Part shown: piece by piece, positions 14,207-26,876 of the stretch
How the letters are laid out: every line of letters begins with the position of its first letter
Position numbering within the stretch: the first letter of the stretch is position 1
Source: Octopus vulgaris
Taxonomy: Eukaryota
Assembly (NCBI GenBank): GCA_951406725.2
Contig: OX597832.1
Span: 27,900,001-27,964,000, forward strand
Length of the DNA stretch: 64,000 nt
Direction: 5' to 3'
Notes under the pieces: generated by a model
Told to the model about the DNA's origin: nothing
The model's database searches: none
What the model saw: the letters and a program-made list of their open reading frames with translations, nothing else
Made by a program: the position numbers and the translations under genes

Positions 14207-14713
14207 TATATATATACACACACACACTCACACACACTAGTGGCTGTTGTATATTAATTGACATCCTATTTTACAGTGTTGCCATAACAGATGTGTGTGT
14301 GTGTGTGTGTTTTATAAACATCAGTGGTGGGTGTATATAAACTCGCATGTTGTGGAGTGATGAATATAGATAGAAAATTCAGGCTATAAATTAATAACTG
14401 TTAATTAATCAATAACTGTGTGGTGAATGTAAGATAGTGTGGTTACTATATTGTGGGTACTTCACTTTGAGGAATGTTGGGTAGTTGTAAAATCTAAAGG
14501 TTACCTTTACTAACGGGTCCCAATATATTCCTTTACATCAGTGTCATTCTTTGCTCACACACCTGTCTTGTTCCATCTTCTCTAGCCACCCTGTTGTATA
14601 AACTGGGTGCCTATGTGTTTTTCTAACATTCTACTGCTCACCTTCTGTCACCTGATACTAAAAGCTGTCCCCTATTTCTTCTTTCTTTGTCGTTTCAGGA
14701 TCTTTGCAGTGAT

Positions 14714-14755
14714 ATGGTTAATGTCCCAGCCAAACCCTTCCTGAGTCAGCTGTAA
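14714..14755 (+). promoter_or_regulatory. Two overlapping upstream ORFs in the 5' UTR part of the first coding exon
   Basis: ATG14714..TAA14755 encodes MVNVPAKPFLSQL and ATG14721..TGA14744 encodes MSQPNPS. Both are downstream of the splice acceptor at 14698/14699. Confidence 0.55.
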
Positions 14756-14757
14756 AA

Positions 14758-16060
14758 ATGTCAGAATCTCAGGAGACGAAAAACTCTGAGGATCTCTCTC
14801 AGCAACCACAACAACAACTCCAACAACAACAACAGCCTGTTCCACTGAAGGAAAATGGTCAGCAAATTGCCAATAATATCTCTAAGACATCTAGCGTAAC
14901 TACGGTTGCTACGGTTGCCAGTTGTGATAATGAGGAGGAAATGGAAGTCGAAGAAGAAGGAGAAGAGGAAGAAGGGGAGGAAGGCGAAGCAGTTCAAACT
15001 GATGAAGAACGACTAGAGAAAGTGGCGCCGGTGCCACCGAACCCATTGAAATCTGAGAATTCTCTTGACAACAGCTCGAGCACCGGTGTGATGGCCGGCG
15101 CCACGTCTGTTGTTATAGATCCTGAGACACAAGTGACATACGTCACACCTTCATCGGCCGACGCTTCAGCTGAAAACTTGACGTGTCCCTCGGTGGACCT
15201 CACTTCATCGTCTGTCGTCTCCATTGGCGGAGGCGGCGGCGATAACCCTGGAAACCAAATTCTGGCAAATGCTCGAGTTATCGAATCAGCCGACAACAGC
15301 AAAAACGGCAGCAGCAGCGGCAACAACAACAAGAATAATGAGGTGGTGGTCGACACGAAAATCGGTGCCGAATCTGTGACTACGAAGCTGCCTGCCAAAA
15401 TGACAATCCATGATTCTTCAGAAAGTTCCGTTGCTGCCTCTGCGACTCCTACAGATTCCTCATCTGGAAATTCGGTGATTCTCAACAACCAAGTGACTTC
15501 AGATGATTCTGCAACAACAGGTGGCACTGCAGCAGCAGCAGAGGTGGCGCCACCTGTACATTCTTCCCATGGTGACCACGAATCTTCCCCGTCGCCGCCC
15601 CAACAAGCACCACTGCCACGCCAACAAAAACAACAGCAACAACAACAACAACCAGCCGAATCTAGTTCCCCAGACAACAACAACAACAACAACAACATCA
15701 GCAGTAGCGGCAGTGGCAGCAGCAACGATGGTAATAGCCCAGATGGCAGCAGTACTCTCAATAGCAAAGACGGCGCTGCACCCAACCAAACTGCATCCCC
15801 TGATGCGGCACCACGCATCAGTGGGAAACCATGCGAGCATCAGAGCATGGCGTCTGGCGCAACAAGCACAGCTACAAGCACGACCACCACCACGTTTTCA
15901 TCTTGTAGCACCGGTAGCCCACCCTTGACCAACAATAACAGCAACAACAGTGGCTACAACAGTACTAACACACCAGGAGCACAACACGTTGTTCTCGTAC
16001 ATATCCAGCCTGGGGAGATCTTTGCAGTCCGAGTAGGAGATCAAGTCCAGCATATTTCAG
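14758..16060 (+). CDS. FNDC3: First coding exon of an FNDC3A/FNDC3B (Drosophila Miles to go)-like fibronectin type III domain protein; partial CDS, exon 14699-16060
   Basis: This is the only long non-microsatellite ORF. The acceptor is ttcttctttctttgtcgtttcag|G at 14698/14699, an in-frame TAA at 14719 precedes the ATG, and the donor is CAG|GTAAAT at 16060/16061 (phase 1). The exon ends in QHVVLVHIQPGEIFAVRVGDQVQHISG, which resembles the FNDC3 N-terminal motif (QVILVQVNPGExFTIRxEDGxxQCIxG). The family call is from memory of this motif only; no FN3 domain lies in the window. Confidence 0.8.
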
Positions 16061-16351
16061 GTAAATACTCGTCTTCACTCATCTTCTATGTTCACTTTCA
16101 ACTACCCATTTAACACACACACACATTTAATATATACGTGTATATATATATATATATATATATAAGAAAAAAATCTATCAGAAAGGAACTCTATCTCTCT
16201 AAAAAAAATATCTTTTGATAAGCATAACAAATGCGCAACCGGTAAAAAGAACTTTCACCTAATTAAATACACTCTCCCTTACTTAAATTATTTTGTCAGC
16301 ATTTTCTTCATTTCCTTTTTTTATATATCACAACTCTTGTTCCGCATCTCC

Positions 16352-16383
<32 letters not shown>

Positions 16384-16390
16384 ATGTAAT

Positions 16391-16640
16391 GGAGGTGCGT
16401 GGCTTAGTGGTTAGGGTGTCAGCATCATGATCGTAAAATTGTGGGGTTTCGATTCCTGGACCGGGCGACGTGCTGTATTCTTGAGCAAAACACTTCATTT
16501 CACGTTGCTCCAGTCCACTCAGCTGGCAAAAATGAGTAACGCTGCAATGGACTGGCGTCCCGTCCAGCTGGGGAACACATACGCCATAGAAACCGGGAAA
16601 CCGGGCCCATGAGCCTGGCTAGGCTTTAAAAGGGCGCATT
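16391..16640 (+). mobile_element. tRNA-derived SINE (distinct family), near full length
   Basis: A-box-like tggcttagtgg, B-box-like gtttcgattcc, CORE-like ttcttgagcaaaacactt and a central atggactggcgtcccgtccag. Confidence 0.75.
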
Positions 16641-16688
16641 TTTTTATATATAATGTACATATATACAAATATATATATAATGTAAATA

Positions 16689-16722
<34 letters not shown>

Positions 16723-16985
16723 CTCTCTCTCTCTATATATATATATATGGAACAGTAGATGAAACAGGGACAACTGAAGAAGGGGAATATTCTTTATGTT
16801 GCATGTCTCATTGCTCTCTTTGTTTTTTTCTTTTTGTTCCAAAAAAAGTTTGTTTCTATGTTTTTGTTTTTATGTTTTCATTTCTCATTGTGTTCAACGT
16901 TTTTTTTTTTGATGTCCTGTACCCATATGTGCATATATATATATACATATATATGTAGGTATGTACATGTATGCATGTATATATA

Positions 16986-17014
<29 letters not shown>

Positions 17015-17019
<5 letters not shown>

Positions 17020-17201
17020 GTGACAATTCGTTGGTTGTCATAATGAAACTCAGAGTTTCGGATGCCAGGGCTGAAGTCTGCTCCAGCATCTCATCAGTTA
17101 TTTGGTTTGTGTTAATAACTGATGAGATGCCAGAGCAGACTTCAGCCCTGGCATCTGAAACTCTGAGTTTTATTATGGCAACCAACTAATTGTCACATAT
17201 T
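17015..17201. repeat. Long inverted repeat (88-bp arms, 11-nt loop, 6 mismatches); each arm holds a hammerhead-like motif
   Basis: 17015-17102 is the reverse complement of 17114-17201. It lies between (TA)n tracts. Confidence 0.95.
17113..17175 (+). ncRNA. Type I hammerhead ribozyme-like motif (mirror copy on - at 17041-17103)
   Basis: taataa CTGATGA gatgccag..ctggcatc t GAA act ctg agt t ttatta gives a 6-bp stem I, an 8-bp stem II, a 3-bp stem III and a GUU triplet. There is one extra nucleotide before GAAA. Confidence 0.65.
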
Positions 17202-17273
17202 ATATTTATAGATAGATTCCTCTATTTTACATAATATCAAGGTCTCATTCATTCTTTTGTCATTTTATTATTA

Positions 17274-17337
<64 letters not shown>

Positions 17338-17487
17338 ATTATATCAAGGGAGCTAGGGTGAAAACAATCTGTCTCCAGCATCTTTGAAGTGCTAATACCT
17401 TAAAAAAACTGCCAAAAAACTCCAGCTAAAAATATACACATGGCTAAAAGTGGGCGAGTGAGAGAAAATTAAAAACACTTCACGTTA

Positions 17488-17555
17488 ATTGTGAATCAGT
17501 TCCAATTTCTGGATTAAAGCAAAAAAATAAGCCTTTTTTCCTTCATCAGCACAAT
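17488..17555 (-). ncRNA. Type I hammerhead ribozyme-like motif in a (TA)n-flanked element (about 17335-17640)
   Basis: Minus strand reads attgtg CTGATGA a ggaaaaaaggc..gctttaatcc a GAA attgg aa ctgat t cacaat. Stem I is 6 bp, and stem III is consistent with CpG decay of ATCGG/CCGAT. Confidence 0.6.
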
Positions 17556-17639
17556 ACACAGGGGAAAATTTAAGTCCAAATAATTGTACATGCTGTCCAA
17601 AGCAAGTTCACATGTCTACATACAAATATTTGCATGTAT

Positions 17640-17677
<38 letters not shown>

Positions 17678-18602
17678 CCTTTAGTCAATTACTATATCTG
17701 CTAACTCTGTTTACACTAAATATTATATATATATATATATATATGCGCATTTATATTTATGTATATGTGTATATATGTGTGTACATTATAAATATACACA
17801 CAAGTATAAATATATCTGAGATGAATACAAATATTATCAATGCCAATGAAAAATACTCTAAACAAATCTATTTGTGGAGTTTAAGTAAATTTTTCTTCTT
17901 AAAATACTCCTTTAGAAACCAGCTGACTTATTTTGAATATAGGTTTACATGTAGCTAGACAGCTGCTTCGTCAGAATGGAGGGGTATGTTATGTTTATAT
18001 ATGTGTTTCTGTGTGCATATATATGTATATATATTCGCTGACGTGGCCGATGACTGCACCGCCTGACTGGCACCCGTGCCAGTGGAACGTTAAAGCATTA
18101 TGCAAGCATGATTGTTGCTAGATACTTTGACTGGCTCATAAAAAGCACCATTCAGTGTGGTCACTACCAGTGTCGCCTTACTGGCACTTGTGCCGGTGGC
18201 ACATGGAAAACAACATTTGAGCGAGGTCGTTGCCAGTGCCACTGGACTGGCTCCTGTGCAGGTGGCACGTAAATAACAGCTTTTGAGCAAGGCTGTCGCC
18301 AGTACCACCTGACTGGCCCTTGTGCCGGTGGCACGTAAAAAGCACCCACTACACTCTCAGAGTGGTTGGTGTTAGGAAGGGCATCCAGCCGTAGAAACTC
18401 TGCCAGAACCCCGGTCGAACCGTCCAACCCATGCCTGCATGAAAAGTGGACATTAAATGATGATGATGATTATATATATATATATATATATATATTCACC
18501 GTGACCGACCAGGCTATCAGATGTTGCTACACATCGCTGGTCACAATGCGCTTTGCATTGTTTAGCCTTCAAATGACGCCACCCCACTGGCTAAGCGAGC
18601 AG

Positions 18603-18657
<55 letters not shown>

Positions 18658-19101
18658 ATACCTGTATCTGTCTCTATATATGTATTTACATCCATGCAAA
18701 CATAATTTTATATATATATATATGCTGAGAAACACATGCATATAGCATCGTTGTTGTTGACTGCCAAGGTCTTTTTGGGGTTGATAAATTAAGTACCAGG
18801 TATGTACTGGGGAACAATCTAATCAACTGGCCCCTCCCCCCAAAATCTTCAGGCTTTGTGCCTAGAGTAGGAAAGATTATTGTTGTTGTTGTTACTGCTA
18901 CTACTACTACTGCTTCTATTTATATATACATACACACACACATATATATAAATGTGTGTATATGTTTATATATATATATACACACACACTACACACATAA
19001 AATACGTTTGCGTATATGCATGTGTTTCTGAGCATATATATGTATATAAAATTATGCTTGCATGGATGTCAATACATATACATATATAGAGAGATAGATA
19101 C

Positions 19102-19136
<35 letters not shown>

Positions 19137-19320
19137 CATAAACCTCCACTACCAGCATCACCCTCACAACTATGACAGCTTAGAGATACAAACCACCCCG
19201 CCTCCAAATCGCAAAGAATTCCCTTTTTAGTTTTGTTTCATTATATTTTATTTTAATTTGTTAATTGCTAGATAAAAATTTGTAAGAGAATGAGACTAGA
19301 TAATGAGATTTGAAATAACA

Positions 19321-19352
<32 letters not shown>

Positions 19353-19973
19353 CTAATCAGTGGAAAACAGGAAGTTCCTTTGGTCGGAGAGAGATAGCAG
19401 ACTTCCTTCCTCGTCATGTGTGTGTGAGTGATGTTGCCTGTCATTCATCAATCATAAGAAAGATATAGCTTTCTCAAAACAATAACGTCCGACAAACATC
19501 TTCGTTCAAAACATGGCATCTCTTTTTATCCATTCCTGTTTACCGTTTTTTTTTCTTCTTCTTCTTCTTCTTCTTCTTGGAGATAAGTTTTTTTTATGTC
19601 GATGCAACATGATGTGGGTGTGTGGGTGGGGTGAGGGATAGAGGTGTTTGTGTTTCCATTGGAAATTTCTTTCAGTCGCGGTGTATGGAGATTATGTTGC
19701 ATAATAGTTGGATGATATTGTTGCTGCTGTTGTTGTTGTTGTTGTTGTAGCAGTAAAATTTATTACCTCTATCTCCCCCACCCCATCATCATCATTTCTG
19801 TTTTCTTTGTAAAATTTCATGTATGTATGTGCGTGTGTATACATATTTGCATGTACACATATCTATATCTATGTATTTATATGTACACACACAAATATGG
19901 ACGTATGTGTATATGTATTTATATGTATGTACACACATAACCGTTTCCAAGTAAGTTCATCTATCTATCTGTC

Positions 19974-20015
<42 letters not shown>

Positions 20016-20080
20016 CACATATAACATACATATATATTATTATATATATTTATATTATTACAACATATATTTAATAGTTC

Positions 20081-20124
<44 letters not shown>

Positions 20125-20421
20125 GTCTGTCTGTCTATATATATATATATGTGTGTGTGTGTGTATATACTATAGTGTCTGAACTGTCGATAACAATGGA
20201 GTTGTTGTTGAAGAAGTTGCCCAATGAAGGTTGATAATAAAAATATGAGGAAGTAAATAAAAATGCCAAAATAACAGGAAAATAAGGAAATTATATTTCT
20301 CACTCCCAGAATACCAGACAGGTATGATTCATTGCAGAAGTTCATGAAGAACAACATTTCTTGTGTAGAGACACAAGGAAGCACTTGGCCTTCTGAAGTT
20401 TTAATCTGTAATTTCAAAGTG

Positions 20422-20538
20422 TTCCTAACCTTAACCCGAACCCAGATCAGGTCATTTCCTAACCCCTAACCCTGATCAGGTCACTTCCTAACCCCTAACC
20501 CAGATCAAATCATTTCCTAACCCCTAACAGATCATTTC
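20422..20538. repeat. About 29-bp minisatellite (about 4 units) containing telomere-like CCCTAA
   Basis: The unit is ttcctaacccctaacccagatcaggtcat. Confidence 0.85.
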
Positions 20539-20833
20539 ACAGTGTCGACTACGGATACTGTGTTAGACTATACACTGAAGTAGCACAGGAATTTGTTTTG
20601 ACTGTTGCGATGCTGGGCAAATTATCTGCATTTAGGAACAATAAAACCTTGTGAGACAATGAAGATACAGAAGGGACTTCCAGTTTCAAAAGATAAGCAG
20701 GACTATCCCAGTGAGTAAGTGGAGACCTTGGTTGAAAATCTAGAAAGAAAGATTTTTATTGGTCTAAGTGGAATCAAACTTAAGCGTCATTGTTGTATAG
20801 TATGGCTGCAACTTACCTTAAAAGAATTGTTCA

Positions 20834-21063
20834 GGCAGCGAGCTGGCAGAAACGTTAGCACGCCGAGCGAAATGCGTAGCCGTATTTCGTCTGCCGTTAC
20901 GTTCTGAGTTCAAATTCCGCCGAGGTCGACTTTGCCTTTCATCCTTTCGGGGTCGATAAATTAAGTACCAGTTACGCACTGGGGTCGATCTTATTGACTT
21001 AATCCGTTTATCTGTCCTTGTTTGTCCCCTCTGTGTTTAGCCCCTTGTGGGTAGTAAAGAAAT
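20834..21063 (+). mobile_element. SINE family A, full length, CpG-intact (young)
   Basis: Complete from head to the aaagaaata tail, with CpGs retained relative to other copies. Confidence 0.9.
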
Positions 21064-21508
21064 AAGAAATGTTAAGGCTATAATAGTGATGAAGACTTCT
21101 CTTATGAAGGTTGTGACGTATGGCAAGTCATCAAAATTTATGAATATTAAAGCATTAACGAAGCAATAAGGAAGCTGAATGAACTTTCAAATACAAAAGA
21201 CAAACAACTAAACAGAGATGCTGTTTCAGTAAGGAAGTAGAAATGCTGTTGGTTAATTTAGAAAAACTTCATACTGTTTTGTTAAGACATTATCAGACAA
21301 ATACAAAAATGAACAGAACTATTCCAGCTTTGTGTCAAATGGTTTGGAAAGAAAGTGGAACAAATTCATCAGCTTCAAACATTGAAAGTGTTTCTCACAA
21401 AATAAAAATATACATACAAAGACATGAAGCATACATATTTGCTGTAAGTACACATATACGTATGTAAATATACATATAATGTGTGTGTGTATATATATAT
21501 ATATATAT

Positions 21509-21703
21509 AGGGAGAGTTTACGAAAAAAACAAAAGACGAAGACAGGTGGTGTACAAAACAAACAGATGTATTAGTATAACGCTCAGGAATAGAGAAAGTC
21601 TTTTACATTTCGAGCCTACGCTCTTCTACAGAAAGGGACACAGAAAAAAACAAGGAGAGAAAAAAATGTGTGTAGTGGGTAACAATCTATCATGGCCTCT
21701 GAC
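21509..21703 (-). mobile_element. Second copy of the (TA)n-embedded hammerhead-bearing element (motif at 21600-21635)
   Basis: Colinear with 13959-14155. The minus strand reads cttt CTGTAGA a gagc gtag gctc GAA atgt a aaag. Confidence 0.7.
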
Positions 21704-22269
21704 ATATATATATATGTATATATACATATATACATATATATGTATATATATATGTATTTGCACATATACTTATGTAAACATGTATGTGTACACATAGATA
21801 TATATATATATATAATGTAAACATAATACAAATGTAAATATTAGCAAAGAGACTGGAGTGGGCAATTCATTTTGTGTCAAAAAGCTGCAATCATTTCCTT
21901 GTCCCTCTCACCAGAAGTTTATTGGTGCAATTTTATTGTGTCGTATGTGAAGTAATAGATTGTATTGGCACCGTTCTATTGATACTAGTTGATATTGGTT
22001 CATCGGGTTTAGGCATGAAACCAGTTTGCTGTAGGAACCTGTCTTTCAAAGAATGTGTCCTCTTCGTGAGAGACGTTCTTATCATGTCGTTAGCATGTCA
22101 GAGTTAAAACGAAACAAATACATAATAAACCACAAATTCACTTCAGGCATTTATGTTTATATATATTTATATATGTGGATACTTTTCTATCTATGTATGT
22201 CTATATACTACAAAACTCTGTGATTGCTTATTTGCATCAGGCTTGCTTATATTATATGCTTGTATTTAT

Positions 22270-22624
<355 letters not shown>

Positions 22625-22869
22625 TATGTGAATTTTTTTGTTACCCTGGTAACTATTTATTTTTCTCATGTTTTGTACACATTGAAAAAATATATACATT
22701 TATCATCATATTATTGTCATCGTTTAACGTCCACTTTCCATGCTAGCATGGGTTGGACAGTTTGACTGAGTACTGGCGAACCAGATGGCTGCACCGGGCC
22801 CCAATCTTGCTCTGGCAGAGTTTCTACTGCTGGATGCCCTTCCTAACACCAACTCTGTGATTGCTTGTA

Positions 22870-23068
22870 TGTGTGCTTGTCTGTAATTGAATACAGCCCA
22901 ACCAGCGCACAGTGGGAAAATAGTCTGAAAGTAAGGGGCCCCTCAAGTGGGAATACAAACGAAATACGATAAGCTTTGCATGAATCGGAACACGGGTTCC
23001 TGATATACGTGGTTTTTTCCCCGGGTATCTTGAACTCTTAGTGACCCAATGTGTCATGGGTAGTCTAG
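22870..23068 (+). mobile_element. Possible Helitron 3' fragment
   Basis: A hairpin accca-atgtgtca-tgggt lies a few nucleotides before CTAG|T at 23065-23069. The 5' limit is uncertain. Confidence 0.4.
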
Positions 23069-23069
23069 T

Positions 23070-23161
<92 letters not shown>

Positions 23162-26100
23162 ATGTATATAATGTGTGTGTGTGTGTGTATGTATATAATG
23201 TGTGTGTATATATATATGTGTACACACACACACGCACGTATATACATTGTATATATACACAAACACACGCACACATAATAATATAATGTATATGTGTATG
23301 AGCTCACGCATATATGTACGTACATGTTTATGTATATGTATAATGTACGCACACACACACACACCCTTTTCTGTCTGGTTTTACCCATGATAATTACATA
23401 CCCCTAATTAATTTTACACCAAATCTGAAAGTGATAATTACAGGAGCAGAATTAATCCCTGATTTTTAAAAAAAATTTCAGTATAAAATAATTTTGCTTG
23501 TGTATCAAATGTCACAGGATCTCTGCCTCGTGGCATTGGTGTTGGCGTTGGCAGTGTTGCCATTTGATTAAGAACTTCTCAGAGTCTGTGTCTGTTACAT
23601 TTAGTTCTGTGTTTTGTTGCTCTCTTTGGGGGGAATATATTTCTTCAGCTGTGGCCCTTACCTGGTCACTTTAGCAATTCTAGATAATTATTTGTAATTA
23701 GCTTCACTCTAAAAGTAATTCCGAGTTTACAGTCGCCCAAGAGAGAATACGCATGTCTGAGAATTGAAGAATGGTAAATGTTGACCTAATTTAAGCTTTC
23801 TTATTTTGACCTATTTTTTAAGTCTGTTGATTTCGGTGTTGTTGGTAACAACCACACATTCTAGATGACAGCAAGTGTGTCTCTTGTAGCAGAGTTTTGT
23901 AAACCATGTCACAGCACGTAGTCCTATTAACACTGTGGACAGTGTAACTAAGTCTATAAACAAGTTACAAGCAATATTACAACATAATATTATAAATCAT
24001 GTCACAGATAGTATAATACTATTTGCCATGCAGTGTAACACACGATAGCAATGTTGTATCCTGTGCAAACACTGTAAATAATTAAAATAGTCCTTTGTGT
24101 ATTATACTTAATGTATACACATTTGATAGGCTAATTACTGTAATAAATATCTGTAAGTCTCAGGACAAATCCTGCAGTTTCTGGCCCATCAACTGGGTAC
24201 ATACACTGTTTTCGTTTCCTTTTAATTGCTTCGGTCACTAAATTGCGACCAGGCTGGAGCACTGCATTGAAGAGTTTTTATTGAATCAATCAACCCCAGG
24301 ATTTCCAGTACTTATTTTGTCATTCTCTTTTGCTGAACTGCTAAGCTATGAGGACGTAAACAAACCAACACTGGCCGTGAAGCAGTGGTGGGGGGACAGA
24401 CATATATATATATACGACAGGCTTTTCTTCTGTTTCTGTCAACCAGATCCACCCACAAAGCTTTGGTCAGCCCAAGGCTACCATAGAAGACACTTGCCCA
24501 AGTGCTGCACTGTGGAACTGAACCCTGAACCATGTGGTTACGAAGCAAACTTCTTATCGCATGGCCACACTTGTATATTCCAGACTGTAAACAGTACCAT
24601 AGTCTGTAACAAAGTTCTCCTCAATCTGGTCTGACCTGGGGCTAAACAACAAGCACCAAATCAATACCAACACCACTGCCACAATCCAACAATGGCCATC
24701 TCTACATTGTCATTATACATGCTAGAAATATCAGTCACAACTCTCAAATCACATAAAAACAAAAGTTAAAGATACATTGGTCAGTCTCCTTGAAGAAAGA
24801 CAGGGTAGGCATGGATGGAGTGACTTGATCATTGAACATGTTGATATTTTGAGTTACATTATTTGTGACTCAAATAGGTGACTTAATAAGATATGAAGAG
24901 GAGTAGAACTGCGATTGGCAACATAAATGAAATAGCTTTAACTGGGAATTGAACCTGAGTTCAAAGACTTGTATTTTAGTTTACTAGCAGTTTACCACTT
25001 GGAGTTTAGCACCTGTTTTTATATGTAAAAGTAAGAATGTGTGCCTTCTTAGGGGCTAGCATGGGTTGGACGGTTCGACTGGGGTCTGGAAAGCCAGGAG
25101 GCTGCACCAGGCTCCAGTCTGATCTGGCAGTGTTTCTACAGCTGGATGCCCTTCCTAATGCCAACCATTCCGTGAGTGTAGTGGGTGCTTTTTATGTGCA
25201 ACCGGCACAGGTGGCAGGGGATGCTGGCAACGGCCACGATCGGTTGGTACTTTTTCATATATATGAACATTTTACGTTCATATATATATATATATATATA
25301 TATGCGTGTATGCACACACACACACACACACACACGTGTACGTTTGTGTGTGTGTATAGACACATCGTCATTATACATGTTAGAAATATCAGTCACACGT
25401 GTGTGTGTATACACACACATATATGCATATACACACGCATACATATATATATAACCCCCCCCCCCACAAACAACACTCTCGGACGCACGCACTCACGTCC
25501 CGACCCAGCTATATTTCAAGGCATTATCCCTTAACGTAGCAGAGCCTCGATGGATGGCGGAGGGATTCGTTTAAACCGATCCTTCTTCCCCACTCACCAC
25601 GGTCTCCTCTCTCGGTCTGTAAACGTAATAAACATACTTAATATAAAACGCAGCAACGTCCCCGGCGACACGGTATGAGAGTGTTGGAAGATTCCTCCAT
25701 AATCCGGTCCCCACCCCTCGTTAGCTGAAGCCTACTCCCCACACCCCTTGTAAATGAAATTGTGTTAATTTGTTAATTTAATAATTAAGCGATTAATTTA
25801 TGTAATTAATGTAAACGTCACAAGTATTTAGAATGTATGACGTGTGTGTGTGCTATGGTGAATTACCTCCCTTACACCTGGTCTGCTTCCATATGGAAAC
25901 TGGGACAATCCCAGTCCAAACGATTTTGATATCGGCTCTCCATTAACGACCACCACTTCGTCACATTTCTGCAGTCGGTAAATTTGAGAACTGGATGAAC
26001 ATCACATAATCCCATTCACCTCTTTCTCGAATAAATCTTTTTTTTTTTTCTTTTTTAAAAATTTTAAACTCACGATTTCCAGGGTTCAAATACCGTCGAG

Positions 26101-26491
26101 GTCGACTTGGCCTTTCACCCGTTCGGGGTCGATTAGAATAAGTACCAGTCGAGTACTGGGACCGAGCTAATCGACGAGTCCCGCTTCCCATAAATTCCAG
26201 GGCTTCCCAAATTCTGCAAGAAAAATACCAAATTTGTCGACGCACTGGAATGCTTAGTTGTATTAGTATTATGGTTGTTAATTGTTATAGTTTTTGTTGA
26301 GTTGCATGTCTGTTTGCAGTGAGCGATAAGATAGAAACATAGGTACCAGTCATACTCGCGGGTAGGAAGGAGTTGATTGGTTCCTCTTTTATTCGTTGCA
26401 ATACGACGCTCCCAATCTTGTGTCTCTTTTATTATCTGCCTCACTTCAGAAAAGTAAAATGCATTTATATATATATATATATATATATATA

Positions 26492-26829
26492 CTAGCAGTA
26501 TCACCCGGCGTTGCTCGGGTTTGTTTTGACCCTTTAGAATTGGAATTTTTGAAAAGTAAAAATTTTGCATTGTTGAAATACACCGAAAAATGCCGACACA
26601 GCAGTCGAAAAATCGTAAAAAAATAGAGATTTTTATAGAAAAAAAGCACCTTTCTGATGTAGATAATTTTTGGTGTTAACATGGTCTGATTTGAATTTTT
26701 TCTTCTACGGAAAGAAGAGCAAGCCTTCTTCTATCATACTCTCAATTTTGGTCAACTTGCGCCGCAGGGTCTCAGAGGAGATAGTGTTAGTTGAAGGCTA
26801 CCAAACCTGCCATACACAGACAACTTCAG

Positions 26830-26840
<11 letters not shown>
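26492..26840 (-). mobile_element. Non-autonomous Helitron
   Basis: The minus strand begins tatatataaagctgaagttgtctg and ends cccg-agcaacgc-cggg tgatactg CTAG|T. A GC hairpin 8 nt before CTAG is the canonical Helitron 3' end, and there is no TSD. Confidence 0.75.

Positions 26841-26876
<36 letters not shown>

Noticed and set aside
14994-15928. 274-aa antisense ORF and 141-aa alternative-frame ORF over the exon
   Set aside because: They are shadows of a CAN/AGC-rich coding exon and have no independent motif.
16061-16113. Last 17 codons of the 451-aa ORF (KYSSSLIFYVHFQLPI)
   Set aside because: They lie past a strong donor site exactly where the FNDC3-like motif breaks, so they are intronic read-through.
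16391-16470. tRNA-like sequences here and at 50895-50968
   Set aside because: They continue into SINE bodies and do not close an acceptor stem, so they are SINE heads rather than tRNA genes.
16750-16925. (TA)n-flanked unit containing CTGAAGAAGGGG
   Set aside because: There is no GAAA or stem III downstream and it is single copy, so it cannot be supported as a ribozyme.
17925-17980. Minus-strand CTGACGA a gcagct gtct agctac hammerhead-like start
   Set aside because: GAAA is missing and stems I and III are unconvincing. At best it is a relic, so it is not counted.
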